DNA from: Podarcis tiliguerta
Lineage: Eukaryota
Direction: 5' to 3' (one strand)
DNA length: 64,000 bases
NCBI GenBank assembly: GCA_965153285.1
Contig: OZ229115.1
Position 1 is the first letter of the stretch, and each line of letters starts with the position of its first letter. Positions 1 to 13,516 of the stretch are shown here, piece by piece. Both the position numbers and the translations under genes were made by a program. The notes beneath the pieces are model-generated. The model had not been told where the DNA came from. It did not search any database and saw only the letters and a program-made list of their open reading frames with translations.

Positions 1-517
1 TCTGGGGGGGGTCGGGCGGGGGATGCTGAGTTTTAGCAGAGAAATTGCCACACATTTGTAGCACACCGCAGTGGGGGAAACAGCTGAACTGTTTTTGGAA
101 CATACTCAGATGCATATTTAATGTGCATTTGTGATGTTTAGCAGTCCGACAGTAAACTCGTGCAAAGCAGCCTTGGGGTCTTCGGAGGCGACTGGCAGCA
201 GCGGAGAACGTTGGTTCAGCTTGCCAGCAGGTGTTGACAGAAAAGCAGGGTACAAGGGCAATGCTTACAAGAGAGATGGGAACAGAATGGGAACACTTTG
301 CATGTTTACAGACATTTGAGCTGGGAGGAGAAAAATAAAATAAATAAAACTTACATCATTTTATTTTTTTCCCCCCGTGCTAAGATTCAAAAAACGCATA
401 TCCAGTAGGAAATTGGGATTTCCTTCCCCCGCTTGACATAAAAGGAAGAAGGTATCAGTTGATGGAGAGCGGGGAAAAGATGACAGAGAGGGAAGGGACT
501 CTCAAATAGCATCAACA

Positions 518-672
518 GAGCTGTGTATCCACCATACATATAAAGCACATTCCCCGCCTCCTGGCAAAAAAACCAACAACAATCCTGGGAGTTGTAGTTT
601 AAAGGTGCTGGGAACTACAGCTCTCAGGATTTTGGGGGGAGGTGTTTTAAATGTATGGTGTGTACACAGCTC
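518..672. mobile_element. Short non-autonomous DNA transposon (MITE) with imperfect terminal inverted repeats
   Basis: gagctgtgtatccaccataca at the left end mirrors tgtatggtgtgtacacagctc at the right; internal gggagttgtagtt / aactacagctc inverted pair; related copy at about 57088-57284. Confidence 0.6.
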
Positions 673-1270
673 AGGTTAGTTAGCTGCTCAGGGCCATTTT
701 TTAATGGGCTCACTCAGAAAGCGCTTGATCTTTCCTGAACACCTGACTGATCCCGGACAATCGCCCTTTTGTACAAGAAAGTACAGATAAAGGAATGCAA
801 GAGAAGTCTCAGGGGTATTTTATTTTGGATGTGGGCATCAGCTTACATCTCACTGCACACATCTAAGCCAAAATATATCGCCATCAAGCCACTCTCTCGT
901 CAATAAAACGCACAGGAAGGCAACATCCGCTTGGCTCTGAAAACTGGAGTTCTGGGATCATGAATGTTGCCTACGTGAGCAGTCAGACCACTTGCTGCTC
1001 CTCTGCAGCTGCTGTCTGTTATTTAAAGGGGTATCTCTGGGAAGGAATAGGAACTTATATGGAGGGAGAGATAGGCAAGGGAATGTCTCAGCACGTTGCT
1101 TAAAATGTTTTTAGAAACACTGCATAACTTGAAGAAAAAGGACAGCGCCTGCACACACATAACACACACAACAAACAACAAACTTAGTTTTTGAACCTCT
1201 GTTTCGCACTACATCTTGTTTGTGGGCCTATTCAGGAAAGTAGCAGTGAATCAGGAAAAAAAAGTTCTTG

Positions 1271-1718
1271 TAATAATAATAATTTTTATTTATACCCCGC
1301 CCTTCCCAGCCAAGGCTAACAAGCAATAATAAAAACAAGTTGAATGAATACAACTTAAAAACAAGATTAAAATACAACATTAAAATGTTGAAACATTAAA
1401 ATGCAGCCTCATCACAGGAGGAGAAAGGAAAAAGAAAGGGGGGGGGAATCAAATTGGCTCCAAGCCAAAGGCCAGGTGGAACAACTCTGTCTTACAGGCC
1501 CTGCGGAAAGAAATCAGATCCTGCAGGGCCCTGGTCTCATGAGGCAGAGCGTTCCACCAGGCTGGAGCCAGTGTTGAAAAGGCCCTGGCTCTGGTTGAAG
1601 CCAATCTAACTTCCTTAGGGCCCGGGACCACTAGGGTGTTGTTATTTATGGACCTTAAGGTCCTCCGTGGGGCATACCAGGACAGGCGGTCCCGTAGGTA
1701 TGAGGGTCCTAGGCCGTG
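1271..1718 (-). mobile_element. L2-type LINE 3' fragment with (TAA)n tail
   Basis: Minus-strand peptide RAFSTLAPAWWNALPHETRALQDLISFRRACKTELFHLAF fits the L2 ORF2 C-terminal pattern (RAFS..AP..WN.LP..R......F...KT.LF..AF), followed by 3' UTR and a short tandem tail. Confidence 0.75.
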
Positions 1719-1904
1719 AATGTCTCAGGTGCCCTAGCTGAAATCAAACCACTGATTTTATTCTTTCTTTAAAAAAGAAGAACGGTAAGCAAGCAGGAAC
1801 AAGAGTTACCTAGTGTATCTACCCCTGGATTTATTTATTTTTTGCATTGGTGCTTATTTATGCCATTAAAAACCACCATGCACTCAAGAACTTAGGCCCC
1901 ATAA

Positions 1905-2030
1905 TGCAGTAGCTTGACTTATCGAATTTGGACCTGGGAGATTAGGGCTCAAACCCCAACTCAGCCATGAAACTCACAGGATGACCATGGGCCAGAAAGT
2001 CTCAAGCTAGCCTGCGTCTCCAGCTTGTTG
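1905..2030 (+). mobile_element. Degenerate tRNA-derived (CORE/MIR-like) SINE
   Basis: ggacctgggagattagggctcaaaccccaactcagccatgaaactcac...gaccatgggccag resembles a tRNA B-box head plus CORE; similar decayed copies at about 3575-3765 and 54145-54325. Confidence 0.45.
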
Positions 2031-2255
2031 GAACATAGGAAGCTACAATATACTAAGTACCACCAATGGATCTATTAAGCTCGGTACTGTCTACACTGTC
2101 AGGCAGTGCTCTCCAGGGCTTCAGCCAGGGTTTTCTCTGAATTATGCTCACACCCTTCTCAAATGCAACCCGTTCCCCCTTGATCCATGGCTGCGTACAA
2201 AACAGCAGGAAAAATCAGCAACCAGACAATGGCACTCTGCACATGCTTAAGGATA

Positions 2256-2497
2256 CAGTGGTACCTCGGGTTACATATGCTTCAGTTTACATACGCTTCA
2301 GGTTACAGACTCTGCTAACCCAGCCATAGTGCTTCAGGTTAAGCACTTTGCTTCAGGATGAGAACAGAAATCGTGCTCTGGTGGCGCGGCAGCAGCAGGA
2401 GGCCCCATTAGCTAAAGTGGTGCTTCAGGTTAAGAACACTTTCAGGTTAAGAACGGACCTCCGGAACGAATTAAGTACGTAACCAGGGGTACCACTG
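2256..2497. mobile_element. Tc1/mariner-superfamily (Tigger/pogo-like) MITE
   Basis: TIRs cagtggtacctcgggttac / gtaaccaggggtaccactg flanked by TA duplications; same family at 17854, 44726 and 53323. Confidence 0.85.
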
Positions 2498-2964
2498 TAC
2501 TCTTAAAGGGAAAGAGTAGGGATAAAAACTGATGCAGCAGCCACCACGGGCACCTGGACAACAGATTAAGCATTCCTATTATTATTATTTTTAAACTGTG
2601 CAACGATTTCAAAGGGGAGGGGAAACTAGGGGGTTGGTGAAAGGGGGAAGTTCATCTTCGCTAACGAGAATCAAAAGTAATTCTGATTTTGATGGGCTGA
2701 TAAGGCTGCATTCATCTACCGCTTGCTGCTTTTGTGGCCTTCATAGCTTCTTCTCTGCCCTCCAGGAGCCGCACAGAATTTCCCCCTCCTCATTTTTATG
2801 GGAACCCCTGCTTTTCAAACGGGTCTTTTTCCCTCCCCGAGTTGTTGTTGTTGAAAGCAGGTGTGCTAAAAGCTGCTCCCATCTGTCGTGATTAGGAGGT
2901 TCTCAGCAAAAACTCGCGGTTATGGGTCACTAAGCCAGCGGTACTAGGATTGAGAAACAGTCAC

Positions 2965-3049
2965 CTGACACCTCCAGCACTTCGCATTCATTTTCCCCGC
3001 AGTAAATCGCGGCAATCGCAGAGAGCTCCTCTAAAGCCAGGTCCGACAT
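2965..3049 (-). CDS. RWDD3: RWD domain-containing protein 3 (RSUME), coding exon 1; downstream exons lie left of the window
   Basis: MSDLALEELSAIAAIYCGENECEVLEVS is similar to human RWDD3 [34 protein letters not shown] start context; 85-nt phase-1 exon ending at donor AG|GTGACT; downstream of TLCD4 on the same strand as in human. Confidence 0.88.
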
Positions 3050-3270
3050 GGCAGAGAGACGCGCCGCCCCTTCCGCCCGGATTGAAAACGGGGACGGGCT
3101 TGAAAAGGAGTCCCGTGTCCACAAGGGGGCGCTCCGCCTCCTTCGCTCATTAAGGCAAAGGCAAAGGATGCGGCTTCTGCCGCTGACAGCTGATTCCTGG
3201 TTACCTCCGGTTGTCTCAATAACTAAGGTTGTGTACTTTGTGATGAAAAGAAGCCCGTTCCTTCGGGACA
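2990..3270 (-). promoter_or_regulatory. Small CpG-rich promoter / 5' UTR of RWDD3
   Basis: Local CpG enrichment and a GGGCGG box (ccgccc near 3073) directly upstream of the RWDD3 start codon. Confidence 0.6.
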
Positions 3271-6062
3271 AAGCACTGTAAATTTAACAATAAGAACAGC
3301 CAGAGGCTCTGCATTCCTAAAGTGTGAAGCTTTCAGAATTATTATTTTTAACAAAGGACCTTTAAACAAAACTTGTGCATAGGAAACAACATAAACTGAA
3401 AGTGCGCAAATTGGAAAATTATGGTTATATGGTACTTTGTCATTCTTCTCAGGTATCTGAAACCTTCCTGGCCCACTGTCGGCACTGAATTCTGTTGGAT
3501 AGGCAATCTTTAATTCACAGATAAATAATCTTGAACAATTCCAAGAAGTGCTAAAAGTAGTTCAGTCCTAAACATGGCATCGTGGTTAGAGCACTGCACG
3601 TAAAACAGGGTGAGACCCGAGTTCGAATCTTGCCCCCACCTCCATCACAGAGTTCAAATGGTGTGGTGTTTGGGCCCGGTCATCTTGTATCAGCCTACGC
3701 TACCTCACAAGGTTGTTGTGAAAAGAGCTGTTTGAGCTCCTTTGACAAAAGGCTGGATAAAAAGAGAAATAAAAGGTGGCAACTATATATAAAAAAAAGC
3801 AATCCATGGCAAAAATAGACAGGGCAACCCAACCCAAGTAGTAACATCATGTGAGGTGGCTTGAAACCATTACCTACAAAAGAAAAGGCCTTATATGGAA
3901 CGTATCTCGAAAGTCTCCACCAAAAGCCTCTGTCAGCTAAATAGAGACAAGGCTTCCTGTGAAGTTATTCATAGCTAGGAGAGTTCATGGGGAATTAGGT
4001 GCTCCAAGATATGCTGCGCCCATGATTTATATGTGGGCAGGGCAGGGCCCAGGATTGTGCCTTATTGGCAAGAGTGTGGGCAGCGGGAAATCAAGGACAC
4101 ACTTTCTGTTCGTATGGCAGTCCGGTTGAAGGCAGCGCAAAATCCTCACAACCACCGCTGCTTTCAGCTAGTGTCATCCTGGAGCATTGTGGGAAAATAA
4201 ATGGGTGGTTATACACAGCCACCTGCCAGAAATAGCTCACGGCCAGGGTCCACTGGCAGAGGAGGGAACCATCAGCAGCACCTTCTCCCAAGGCTCCCTC
4301 AAATCGTATTTGTATTTTATTGTGGGTGCTTAAAAGTACACAGGCCCACATGCTGCCTTCATAGTTGCTGTGGTGGGCCATGTGGCCTTAGGGTCAGGTG
4401 GGAACAAGCATTTTCCAAGGTACCATGGTCGCAGCTGCCCAAGTGAAAGGGTGCTTAACAAAACCACAGCTTCCTTGCTGCTGCAGCTGTGCAAAGATAA
4501 TTGCACGTAAAGCAGCAGGCCCACAAAAAATTCACTTACAAATACTAAGGCAAAAAAACACAAACTATTAAAAACAGCAGTGTGGCCATGTTTCAGCAGT
4601 CTACATATTTCATACCTGTAAGTATGAAATATTTACAAACTAATAGGGGAATGAGCGGCAGGTGCCAGAAACAGTTGAAGAGAGGCTGTCAAAAGTGCAG
4701 CAAAGTATTGCTTGCTCCTGTCAGAAAGGCCTCTATGAAAATTAGCTGAAACTTACCACCTTCTTCTTTTATGACAATCCTTTCCTCCCGTCGCACTCCC
4801 CCAGCAACCATCTTCCTTTCTTAACAATGCTTTGTTTAATACATTTTATACATTTAAATAATTTTTAAAAAATAATAAGTCAATGTAAATGTCTTTTAAA
4901 CTGACACTATCTAAAGTCACTGAGGTCCCCACACACAAGTTCTTGCACTCTGACATTTGGAAGTCATCAAATGAGACAGCATAATGTCAGTTTGATATTT
5001 GTCACACTATGCAAATATCCGCTTCATGTCAAAGATCTAAATCCCATCTAAACGTAATACATTCTCTTGTAGTCACAGGCTTGTGAAAATGCTAAATATT
5101 TAAATTCAAGATGAATGTCTATTCTTGGCCTTCTGTTGCATTATTACTGTGTAGGAACTATTTTCTATTTAAAAAAAAAAATCCAGTTGTGTGGCTCACC
5201 AAAAACTAATATTATTAGCTGTTCTTATTATTAGCATACCAGCTAATTAGTGTGGCCTACCAATTCCTGGTATGCGAACACTTGTAACTTAGCCCTTTGC
5301 AGATTTAATTCACATATAAAAGATATGTGTGGATAAATGGAGCTTGTTGTAGCCATACGGTTGGGATGTACTGATGCTTAATTGAAAGAGTGCAGTAAAC
5401 ACGCATGTCCCACAGCTAGGGAGGAGAGTATATTTGCACATCCACAGTTGCACTATTCAAGCATAGATTTATATTATATTATATTATATTATATTATCTT
5501 TTCCGCTTTCTTCTACAGAAATTTTATCACTTTAAAACTCACCAATGTTGGCAAGGTCTCAGGACCCAAACAGAAACAATATTAATCCCCAGTAGTCAGA
5601 ATGACTGATTAAAGACGTATTAGTGAATAATACAAGGTTAAGAAATTAATATTACAGCAATGGGGGGGGGGGAGGAAAAGGTCTTCGCTACTGAAGTATG
5701 CAGCGTGTGCTTTTACACCTCATTTATAATAATTGTAACCATTTCATTCACTCCTGATTTTTTATACTTTATTACAAAGCTCATTGTGTTGAACCTATAT
5801 TATTATGTTGTATGATAATTGTTCTCTTTATGTACATTGTCTGCTTTGGTTGTTCAATCATTATATATATGTGATGGAGAAAAATCCATCCTTTTCAAAG
5901 TATTTAACTGGTATCCAATTCAGCTGAAGATGCCATACTTCTGAGAGGATTGAACAAAGTCATTTAATACACTGCACTCATAGCGTATAAAAATGCAGCC
6001 AAAAAATGCATCTGCAGACTGAGAGAATAACACTTTCTGCCAAACATGGCTGTGTTTTAGAA

Positions 6063-6466
6063 CAGGGCTTCCTAAACTGGTCTGCGAACCGAGCTTCATT
6101 CAGGTGGTCTGTGGTGTGTGTATAGATTTGTGGATGAAGACGGGCAACGGCCCATCCATCACATTAAATGTTCTTAATTTTTAATTGCATTTGAATTGCT
6201 TCTTTTATTTCTTATATTGTATTTTGTTGTCTTGCAATTTGAATTCTACGGATTATTTGAATTCTTACCATAAAATACAATATAATTTGAGTTCTATACA
6301 ATAAATTCAGTAAGAAGTAAAAGAAGCAATAACAGCACAATTAAAAAGCAGAGAGTGCATCTAGCACCAGTGCATCACATTTGCTACAGCAGGCAGGGGG
6401 GAAAATTAAGTAGTCTGGTAAGACCCTCAAGTTGTCTTGCAGTTGGGTGGAATTGGGGAACCACTG
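6063..6466. mobile_element. hAT-type non-autonomous DNA element
   Basis: Ends cagggcttcctaaa / ttggggaaccactg with 8-bp target duplication ttttagaa / ttttataa. Confidence 0.6.
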
Positions 6467-8687
6467 TTTTATAATACTGTTTATAGCTGTATCATAGGCA
6501 GCAATTTTAGCAGAAGGGTACTTAATACATTCACTTTTTACCACCATGTAATGTAAAATGCTAATGTGGGTCTGCAGGGGCAATGTCAGGGGCCATATGG
6601 TAAAGATATAATGTGTTCGTAACTTTAGCTGCAAGGATAACACACTTGTTACTTAATCCTTCCCACCTGGGGAATGTATCACTGACTTTCCACACGCAGA
6701 AACTTTCACACCTCCAGAATTTCAGTTCGTTTCGAACAGTTTGAGTGACTTTTTTTCTTTTTAAATGACCTTTATCTAACTGCTCAAACAATCCAAACTG
6801 CTTGTGAAATCAAAAGGATCAGAGGGGTAGGTTTATTTGCAACAAGAACAGATGAGCAGTAGTGCTGAGATGATAGTAAGAGCTCAATATTGTATGCCCA
6901 GAAGTCATGACCTACATGGTGTTTTTGAAATATGTATACCCTAACCTGCATGCTGTACAATAAATGAGACAGGCATTTTTAAAACCACAAAATTCTGCAT
7001 TTCACAGAAACTTGAAACTGTGAGGGTTTTGTCTGAGGAATTTAAAAACTATGCAAAAATATGTTAGATAAACCGTTAAAGAAAAAGTTTTGTTTGAATG
7101 TTTAATTGCTATTATACAGACAGGCAGCATATTTCTTTGGAAAGTAAACTGTACTTTATAAAGGTCAGAGCAGATTTAAATGTTGTAAACAGAGTTTTAA
7201 TCTTTTTCTTATGACTCCTCAACTTTGCAAGTATCTGATGGCCTACCATGACATTTGTGGTGTTAATGCAGTCACAATAGCATCATCCTGTGCAATTAAT
7301 TCATACCTACAATTTGAGAAAGGTCAGATTAAGTGGAGACCATCTGCATCTTCATTAATTCTTAACTACAGGTTTTATTTCATCACAAAAGGAAACATAG
7401 CTGTCATTTTCAGAGGGGGGAAATCAAGTCCCTTATTTTTGCAAGGTAGAGTTAATCATTTAGATCTGAGCAAATGGCTCACAGGTGCTAACATATTCAT
7501 GAATGAACTTAAAAGTGTTAAAAAAAAACCTGACTAGAGGCCCAAAACAAGAACACTGCATTTTTTTTGTTCCAATACAAGCAAGCAAAATATGATCCAT
7601 GTGTCTCCTTTTAAAGGAACAGAAAAGGCACAGAAAATTCTGAGTAAAATGATGAATTAAAAACAAAACAAAATGCAATTTAAGAAACTTATTTTCATTT
7701 GAAAGAATGTCTTTCCTGGTAATATTCATGCCATGAAACAGCTTCTCCTCACAAAATGCAAAGGAGGCAAATACAAAAGTTTGGCATAATGCATTTTTTA
7801 TGAACTCTGCCAAATGGGTACTCAGTAAATACATATTCTGTATAGAGCAAGCATTCCTGGAAATTTTGATGTTACATTTCTGTGCTTAAATGGCCCATAC
7901 TGATGAATTCAGATGCATGTATTTTCAGTTTCAAAGTGTCTGTGCATTTGGCGCAATATATTTCATACTGGAACCTATATAGGTTGTTGTCCTCAAAGAC
8001 ATCCACGCCTACCATACAGATGATGGGGGAAGCCACATAACCTTGAGGGCAGTTTGGTTTTGTACCCTGGCAATCCTGGAGGGGACTTTTCAGGCTGCAC
8101 AAAATCTCCCCAACCCAGCAAGAGCAATGTGCAATTAAAGCAGGCTTCTGCACACATGTATCATGCTTTGTTCCAGCCTTACTGACTTAGTAAAAAAGCC
8201 CACAGGGATGGAAACATTTAAGGAACTCCAAGGCTTTGAATGCTTTGTGCATTGCTAAGGTATCACCAAATCACTGAAGTGTTTACCCCAAGAAAATAAA
8301 ATCTGACAAGCAATAAAGTAAAAAATAGTTTATTAAAACCAAAGACACACCTATGAAGCAGTTGACATGTAACTGAATTCATCTATATACAACGAAGATA
8401 AATGTACACACACTAGAACAATGGATAATTGGACAGCAAGTGCATCTTGTAGACATGCCAAGATTCCTTGAACAACATCAATTAAGATGCAACATTCAGC
8501 ATGTCAAGAGGTAGAATTATTGCATCTACATATCTATATAGATACTCCTTGCTGTTTTATACCTACCCTGTATGCATTTTCAAACACAATTCCAAGATGA
8601 TTTAATTTAGCAAATCAATTATGAATAATGTTGAGTATATAGATCCTTCAACAAAAACATTATTTGATATCCTAATAATATTTCTTT

Positions 8688-8810
8688 TGTGTGTGTGTGT
8701 GTGTTTGTGTGTTTTGTGGTTTTATATCTTTATTTTATTCTGTGAACCACCCTGAGACCCCCATGTATAGGGCAGTATATAAATTCAAATAATAATAATA
8801 ATAATAATAA
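8688..8810. repeat. (TG)n microsatellite, L2-like 3' tail fragment and (AAT)n microsatellite
   Basis: gtgtgtgtgt..., then ctgtgaaccaccctgagacc...gggcagtatataaat followed by an (aat)n run. Confidence 0.55.
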
Positions 8811-10014
8811 TCTATCAATGGTTTTCTCCCTAGCAGCATCCCCCCAAAAAATCCTCTTTGCAAATGTTCTTATTATTATATCTTTATTTTTTGTGCGAAT
8901 AATTCCTTCTTTATTCAAAGGCTCTTGAAGAATATTCTTCCAAGGGATGTGTACAACAGCCTTGCAAACAATTATACAAGAGTGAATTACCCACTCTGTC
9001 TTCACTCACCTTGCTTGTCCTTGTGCTCTGTCCTTTTAAAGCCAAAAGGAGTGGGGGTGAGAAGGACAAACTGAGTGTGCAATCCTCATAACTTTTATTG
9101 TGTTTTCCTAGATACAACCAGCAGCACTGGTATAGAACGGTTATCAACTCAACTGCACCTACGATTGGCCAAGTGACTTGTCTGCATCCATCTGAACAGG
9201 GAAATGGTACACTCAGGTTTTAACTTGGGAGCAGTTGTTACATTTCCAACACAAGCTGAAAGTCTTATTTATGTGTAAGTTTGGATTTAGTGGCAAATGC
9301 TGTCATCTCTGGAGAGCAATATTTTTGCCTACATTCATCAAGCTAAATGAAATGTTTTAAAGGCGGTTCCATTAACAATACATTTTTGCACTGCATAACT
9401 AACTTTGGCATTGATATGTTTTAAGACACCTTTCTTCTTAAAAGGGCAAATACAGGACCACACTCTGACGTAAGTGCATATTTTTTTTCAGAAGAGCAAC
9501 TTAATTAGCCAAGCATCACCTTAATTTCAGCTTAACATAAAAGGCAGGATATAAATGCTGTTGATTCAGATGACTTCTGACTGCTTTTAAACTAAGTCAG
9601 TTACACATATGGTTGTGCATGAATCATGGTTACCTTGAGAACATATACACTCAGTGTAATATAAAATCTATGGACATTTTAGTATGTAAGTCACTCAAAA
9701 AGGATTTTGTGGATTTTTAAAGACTAAATGTCATTTTATTTTTTACAGCAGAAGGTGTAATTTCAAAACAGTTTATGCACTCATCTTTCAGGTTTTATGG
9801 TATCACTGTTAAAAGGTTGTAACTGCTCGTCCACTAAGATTACAGCTACTCCCATTGCATAGTACTGATATACTACATTCACTAGTTGAGTGCCTTCCGT
9901 ATTCCTTATTGAGCATGTTTCCATAGAGTTTTTCTGAAAGGTCAACACTGTTGGGCAACACACACACTGTATTATTTAATGAGAGGCTTGTGTTGACTTA
10001 AGTCACCATAAACT

Positions 10015-10020
10015 TTTATT
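10015..10020 (-). terminator. Candidate proximal polyadenylation signal (AATAAA) of the HCCS-like gene
   Basis: tttatt on + about 60 nt past the stop codon; further candidates at 9735 and 8329, and which is used is unknown. Confidence 0.4.
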
Positions 10021-10078
10021 AAAGTCCAAAGTTAGGGCACCACTCTGCCCAAATAGTGTTCATACCGTGCAAATTTAG

Positions 10079-10277
10079 TTATGAAGTCCAGCGCCACCAA
10101 GCCACTTTCATCCTGTCCCATACTGCAGTTAGGGAATCAAAAGCCGGACGGACATCCAAAATGGTGAACTGATAGTTCTTATCTACTTCTCCTCCATCAT
10201 AATAGTCAATTACATATCGAACTTCCTTTCCACAGCGATCAACAATCCAATCGTGTCTATCGAAAGGTAGTTCATAG
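10079..10277 (-). CDS. HCCS: Holocytochrome c-type synthase, last coding exon
   Basis: [65 protein letters not shown], nearly identical to the human HCCS C-terminus; acceptor tttctttctag. Confidence 0.96.
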
Positions 10278-10487
10278 CTAGAAAGAAATAGAAAGTCTTA
10301 ATGTTGTTGAATTTTAAAAAGTAGTCCAACTGTATATCAATCATTACATATGTCACATGTAGCAAACATGTTAAGGTATCTTAACAAAGACCTGCCTCGT
10401 TCAAGTCCCATTCTGTTAAACACAAAGATTCCAAATTTTAAGACTTTTTGTTTTTAAAATAGACAGCAATCTGCTCTATACAGCTTA

Positions 10488-10586
<99 letters not shown>

Positions 10587-10805
10587 TTAGAAACACATAA
10601 TCAGCAATCAAGGCTAAACAATTACAGTCAAAAGGACTAAGAAGTATTTGTTTGTGACTTAAATATGTCCACTATACAACTATAGATATATTTCTTAACT
10701 TCAATTTCACAACAGCAAAATAAAATATCATAAAATGATATTTATTCTGTGGAGATCACACCTTCCTGTGTCAGAGGCAGCAGATCCCCCCCCTTTTTTT
10801 TACTT

Positions 10806-10838
<33 letters not shown>

Positions 10839-11264
10839 CTCTCCCTTTAATTGTAAACAGCTTCAGAGAAGCAATTTTTGTCAGGGCTGTGGCAGGCTTT
10901 GCATGGCTACTATTTATGTAACAAACAAAATTGTCACGTTAATTGAACTCACAAAACTACCTCATCTAGTGTGACCTTTAGATGCTAACTGCAGAACCCC
11001 AAAGCATCTTTCAACAGTCTCTGTGAGTTATTTGACCTCTATGGTTCAGAAAGTTAAAGAGGAACAAATTAGTTCTGAAAGTAAAAAAAAGCCTAATCAT
11101 GTTAGTGAAAGACCTGCAACAACTTCTCATTTCCATATGTATTTCCTTTCAACACGAAAATGCATAAAACCTAGAATTACTATGAGAAAACAAAAACTCA
11201 CCTGTATATCTTTTATTACAAGATACTGTATCAAAATGTGAATATAAATTGTAGCTGTACTTGC

Positions 11265-11384
11265 CTTGCATGAAGTGCTTCCCATTTTAAAATTTCCTTC
11301 CACGCCTGTTCATTATTCTGATTATGAATCTTGATTATATTATTCATATCTTCAGGTTTTATGTCATCATCTTTCCATCTCCAT
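11265..11384 (-). CDS. HCCS: HCCS coding exon 4 (120 nt), ending in a GC donor
   Basis: [40 protein letters not shown] including the conserved IHNQNNE motif; the frame requires donor AG|gcaagt. Confidence 0.93.
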
Positions 11385-12532
11385 CTACAGAAAGAATATT
11401 GAAAAATGAGGTATCAGAGGGGAACTGTGGAGTTCCAAGTCTTTATTTTATCGTGCGAGGGGGAACTACTTGACTGAAATCAAGTTCCCCATCTCTCCGC
11501 CCTTCCTCCACTGAACAAAGAAATAACTAAGTAGAGATGTTATTTACCAAGCTGGCACAAAACTCAAATATGCCAACAGCGCTAAGTTTCAGTAATATAC
11601 TACTTGCCTGTTTTTTGCTGTGATGGTAAATCTTTGTAGGCTTCTGCATTTTTCAGCTAAACTGGGTGTTTGCATAACAGATTGTGGGCCTTTTCTTCAA
11701 AGCACAGTCAAAAAGCGTAAGTTTAATGGGTTGGTTCCATCAACTCCTTCTGTTTGCAGACTCTAATCCAGAGGAACCTCCTGCTCTGCTAAATGGACAT
11801 CATCCCCACAGGCAGAAGGTGTGATTTCCCCTACAGCCCCAACTCACACTGCTCCCAAGGGTACCCAAAACCCTCCAGAGCAGATTTTCAGGGGGCTAAA
11901 AGATACATGCCATACCACCTGCACATTTTAGTCTTTTACCATAGTTGCCTAACTTCTAAAAAGCTTGAAGACATTTTTGCTCAATCACGCAACTGCCAGT
12001 ATTTTAGAAAGTCTGCATTATAGTCATGTCTAGAATCAAATGCTCATACACTATGGTTAAAAAAAGGAAAGTTGAGAGCTTAAGCATAGCTTCCAAGCAG
12101 ACTGATTGAGAGCATAATCCTATGTATATTTACTCAGACTTATGTCCCTGTGTTCAACAGGGTTACTCACAGATAAGTGTACACAGGACTTTGTAAACTT
12201 AACTAGGCCCTGTTCACACCTGTATGTTAATATTTAATGAAAACAACATCAAGTGGTTACTCAAATAAATAAATGAGCCAGCATAGGCACAGCCTCAAAT
12301 ATATTTCAGGGGGTGGGGGGTGAATAAAATGAAGAGAGCAATGGGAGAGGCAATGGATGAACACCTGGATGTTTATAAATCCACCTTGAATCCCAGGTGT
12401 GCTGAGACAGGTTACAGTTAATCTGAGAGGATGAGAAGCATGAGCAGGGTGATTTCAATGCACTTTTTGTTGTACCTGCATCAGCAGGCTAGTCAGCAAA
12501 CTGATGCTGTACTTAATTTATAATTCACTTAC

Positions 12533-12681
12533 CCTTTTCTAAGCATTGCATTCCAAAACATCTGCTCTGAGGGATAAACCCATTTTTGTTCAGAAGACGC
12601 TCTAGGAATAGTAGACTCTTCTCTCACTGTAGACAATGGAAATGGTTGATCGGGGGCTGGTAGCTGATTAGGTGCTGGCAT
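12533..12681 (-). CDS. HCCS: HCCS coding exon 3 (149 nt)
   Basis: [50 protein letters not shown]; canonical AG/GT boundaries. Confidence 0.96.
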
Positions 12682-13298
12682 CTAAATAAGGAGCAGGAAA
12701 TAAGAACAGTGGATATTCTGCGATAAAGAACCGTATCTTCAGTGATAACTTCCCTCACTCCAGGTATGCTTCTCACCTACTCTACTTAAGACACCCTTTA
12801 ACAAGAGCAAGTTTCATTTAGTCAAACATTTCAAAGAAGAGTGTTTTGTCCAGTGTACTCTGAATGACCCAACACATTGGTTACTTGCTGTTCAACTCAG
12901 GAGTTACTTAACATTTGGAAGCAAGAATTCTGCACTGTTTAAAAATAGACTTCATGGGAAAGATTCGGTAAACCAGCCATGGCAGCAGAAGCCCTGTGCA
13001 AGGACTTCCATTGCACAACAGGCTTCCTTCCTCTTCCCAACCTGCTATCCAAAAAGGAGAGAAGGGGAAGGAGCAGGTTGTGCTGTCTGGAACAGTTGTG
13101 CAGACAGAGCAATTGGAAGAGAGGATTGTTGAATTCCACCCTATACATTTATTTATAAATAAATTATTTTATTCATGCTTTATACGTCTGAGGTTGGCTT
13201 TTCACACTACCTTCTTTTTTGAGCCTTAGGATGCAGAGATTCAAAGGCTCTGAAACCAGGAGGGTGGATGCCATTTACTAATTAAAAAAAATTCTTTT

Positions 13299-13516
13299 AA
13301 GAAGAAGAAGAAGAAGAGTTTGGATTTGATATCCCGCCTTTCACTCCCCTTCAGGAGTCTCAAAGCGGCTAACATTCTCCTTTCCTTTTCTCCCCCACAA
13401 CAAACACTCTGTGAGGTGAGCGGGGCTGAGAGACTTCAGAGAAGTGTGACTGCCCCAAGGTCACCCAGCAGCTGCATGTGGAGGAGCAGAGACGCGAACC
13501 CGGTTCCCCAGATTAA
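13299..13516 (-). mobile_element. tRNA-derived squamate SINE (Squam3-like), 5'-truncated, (CTT)n tail
   Basis: Minus strand reads ...ggggaaccgggttcgcgtctc (B-box-like)...gggtgaccttgggg...ggcgggatatcaaatccaaactcttcttcttc. Confidence 0.65.

Noticed and set aside
1-320. Open minus-strand frame as RWDD3 exon 2
   Set aside because: The long open frame is out of phase with exon 1 and has no RWD-domain similarity (no YP...P motif).
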